Of a stretch of 32,000 bases of DNA, positions 31,228 through 32,000 are shown piece by piece (the stretch's first letter is position 1; each line of letters begins with the position of its first letter). The notes under the pieces were generated by a model. The model saw only the letters and a program-made list of their open reading frames with translations, did not search any database and had not been told where the DNA came from. The position numbers and the translations under genes are program-made. This DNA is from Pseudomonas aeruginosa (GTDB lineage: Bacteria > Pseudomonadota > Gammaproteobacteria > Pseudomonadales > Pseudomonadaceae), in assembly GCF_001457615.1 (NCBI RefSeq), contig NZ_LN831024.1, positions 3,060,001 to 3,092,000 on the forward strand. Direction: 5' to 3'.

Positions 31228-32000
31228 ATGAAGAAACTCCCCGCCATCACCGCCCTCGCCCTCGCCCTGATCTCCGGCCTGGCCCAGGCCGACCGCCTGG
31301 AGGACATCCGCAAGGCCGGCGTATTGCGCGTCGCGTCCTTCGACAGCAACCCGCCGTTCGGCTTCGTCGACGCCAAGAGCAAGCAGATCGAAGGCCTCGA
31401 CGTCGACTATGCCAAGGCCCTGGCCGACAAGCTGGGCGTCCGGCTGCAAGTGCTGCCGACCAACCCGGCCAACCGCATCCCGCTGCTGACGGCGAACAAG
31501 GTCGACCTGGTCCTGGCCAACTTCACCATCACCCCGGAGCGTGCGCAGCAGGTGGACTTCAGCATCCCCTACTTCTCCTCCGGCCAGCAGTTCATCGTCA
31601 AGAAAGGCACCCTGACCTCGCCGGAAGTCCTCAACAAGTGGCGGGTCGGCGTGGACAAGGGCACGGTCAACGAAGGCGTGCTGCGCGAGAAGTTCCCCGG
31701 CGCCAAGGTCATCGCCTACGACGACACGCCCTTCGCTTTCACCGCCCTGCGCAACGGCCAGGTCCAGGCCATCACCCAGGACGGTCCGAAGCTGATCGGC
31801 CTGCTGGCCAACGTGCCCGACCGCGACAAGTACGAAGTGCCGCCCTTCACCATTTCCAACGACCTGATCGGCGTCGGTATTCCCAAGGGCGAGAAGGCCC
31901 TGACCGAGTTCGTCGACAAGAGCCTGCGCGAGCTGGAGCAGGACGGCCAGGCGCAGAAGATCTACGACACCTGGTTCGGTCCGCAGACCAAGACCCCGCT
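31228..32000 (+). CDS. Polar amino-acid ABC transporter periplasmic substrate-binding protein (PBP type 2 / family 3); 3' end outside the window
   Basis: Not in the ORF track because no stop falls inside the window. AAGGAG SD (31211-31216) lies 11 nt before ATG 31228. Signal peptide MKKLPAITALALALISGLAQA. Family motifs GVLRVASFDSNPPFGF, DVDYAKALA and DLVLANFTITPER. Confidence 0.9.
   Translation, partial: MKKLPAITALALALISGLAQADRLEDIRKAGVLRVASFDSNPPFGFVDAKSKQIEGLDVDYAKALADKLGVRLQVLPTNPANRIPLLTANKVDLVLANFTITPERAQQVDFSIPYFSSGQQFIVKKGTLTSPEVLNKWRVGVDKGTVNEGVLREKFPGAKVIAYDDTPFAFTALRNGQVQAITQDGPKLIGLLANVPDRDKYEVPPFTISNDLIGVGIPKGEKALTEFVDKSLRELEQDGQAQKIYDTWFGPQTKTP

Noticed and set aside
1-32000. 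Looked for mobile elements, tRNA/rRNA genes, CRISPR repeats, REP-type dispersed repeats, toxin-antitoxin pairs and defence-system hallmarks.
   Set aside because: I saw no transposase, integrase or recombinase motifs, no cloverleaf-like or rRNA-like sequence, and no short direct-repeat arrays. I saw no small adjacent ORF pairs of TA type and no nuclease, helicase or ATPase defence signatures. The only repeated elements found are the regulatory motifs reported above.

Overview
High-GC (about 66%) Pseudomonas-type chromosomal DNA, with gene content and synteny resembling the P. aeruginosa group. It is densely packed with catabolic and transport operons. I found no rRNA, tRNA, CRISPR array, IS element, transposase or integrase.

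Layout, left to right:
1. The tail of an unidentified module: a 5'-truncated diaminobutyrate-type aminotransferase, an imine-reductase-like oxidoreductase, and a possible 50-aa membrane peptide.
2. A complete lvaABCDEFG-type levulinate / 4-hydroxy-acid catabolic operon on the minus strand. Its divergent sigma54 PrpR-type activator (lvaR-type) and a textbook -24/-12 promoter are present.
3. A three-gene MCE lipid-transport operon: a half-size single-module PqiA/LetA, a six-MCE-domain LetB/PqiB-like protein, and a secreted helical protein of unknown family.
4. A 648-bp non-coding spacer with a GC dip and a 26-bp near-perfect palindrome.
5. An L-lyxonate / distal L-ascorbate catabolic supercluster on the minus strand: MFS, amidohydrolase_2, PdxA-family, OprD-family porin, MFS, LyxD-like dehydratase, FAH-family dehydratase and alpha-ketoglutarate-semialdehyde dehydrogenase.
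6. Divergent tctCBA (tripartite tricarboxylate transporter) plus a LysR regulator.
7. An orphan lipoprotein and the start of an amino-acid ABC substrate-binding protein.

The most interesting signals not explained by the gene calls:
- A shared operator architecture, CGATAACC-N35-GGTTATCG, occurs with identical spacing in front of both MFS-led operons.
- (AAN)n Hfq/Crc-type tracts abut the Shine-Dalgarno sequence of at least seven genes.
- The MCE operon is atypical, and its upstream spacer is long and unexplained.

All functional calls rest on recognisable motifs and remembered family and synteny knowledge. No database search was run.
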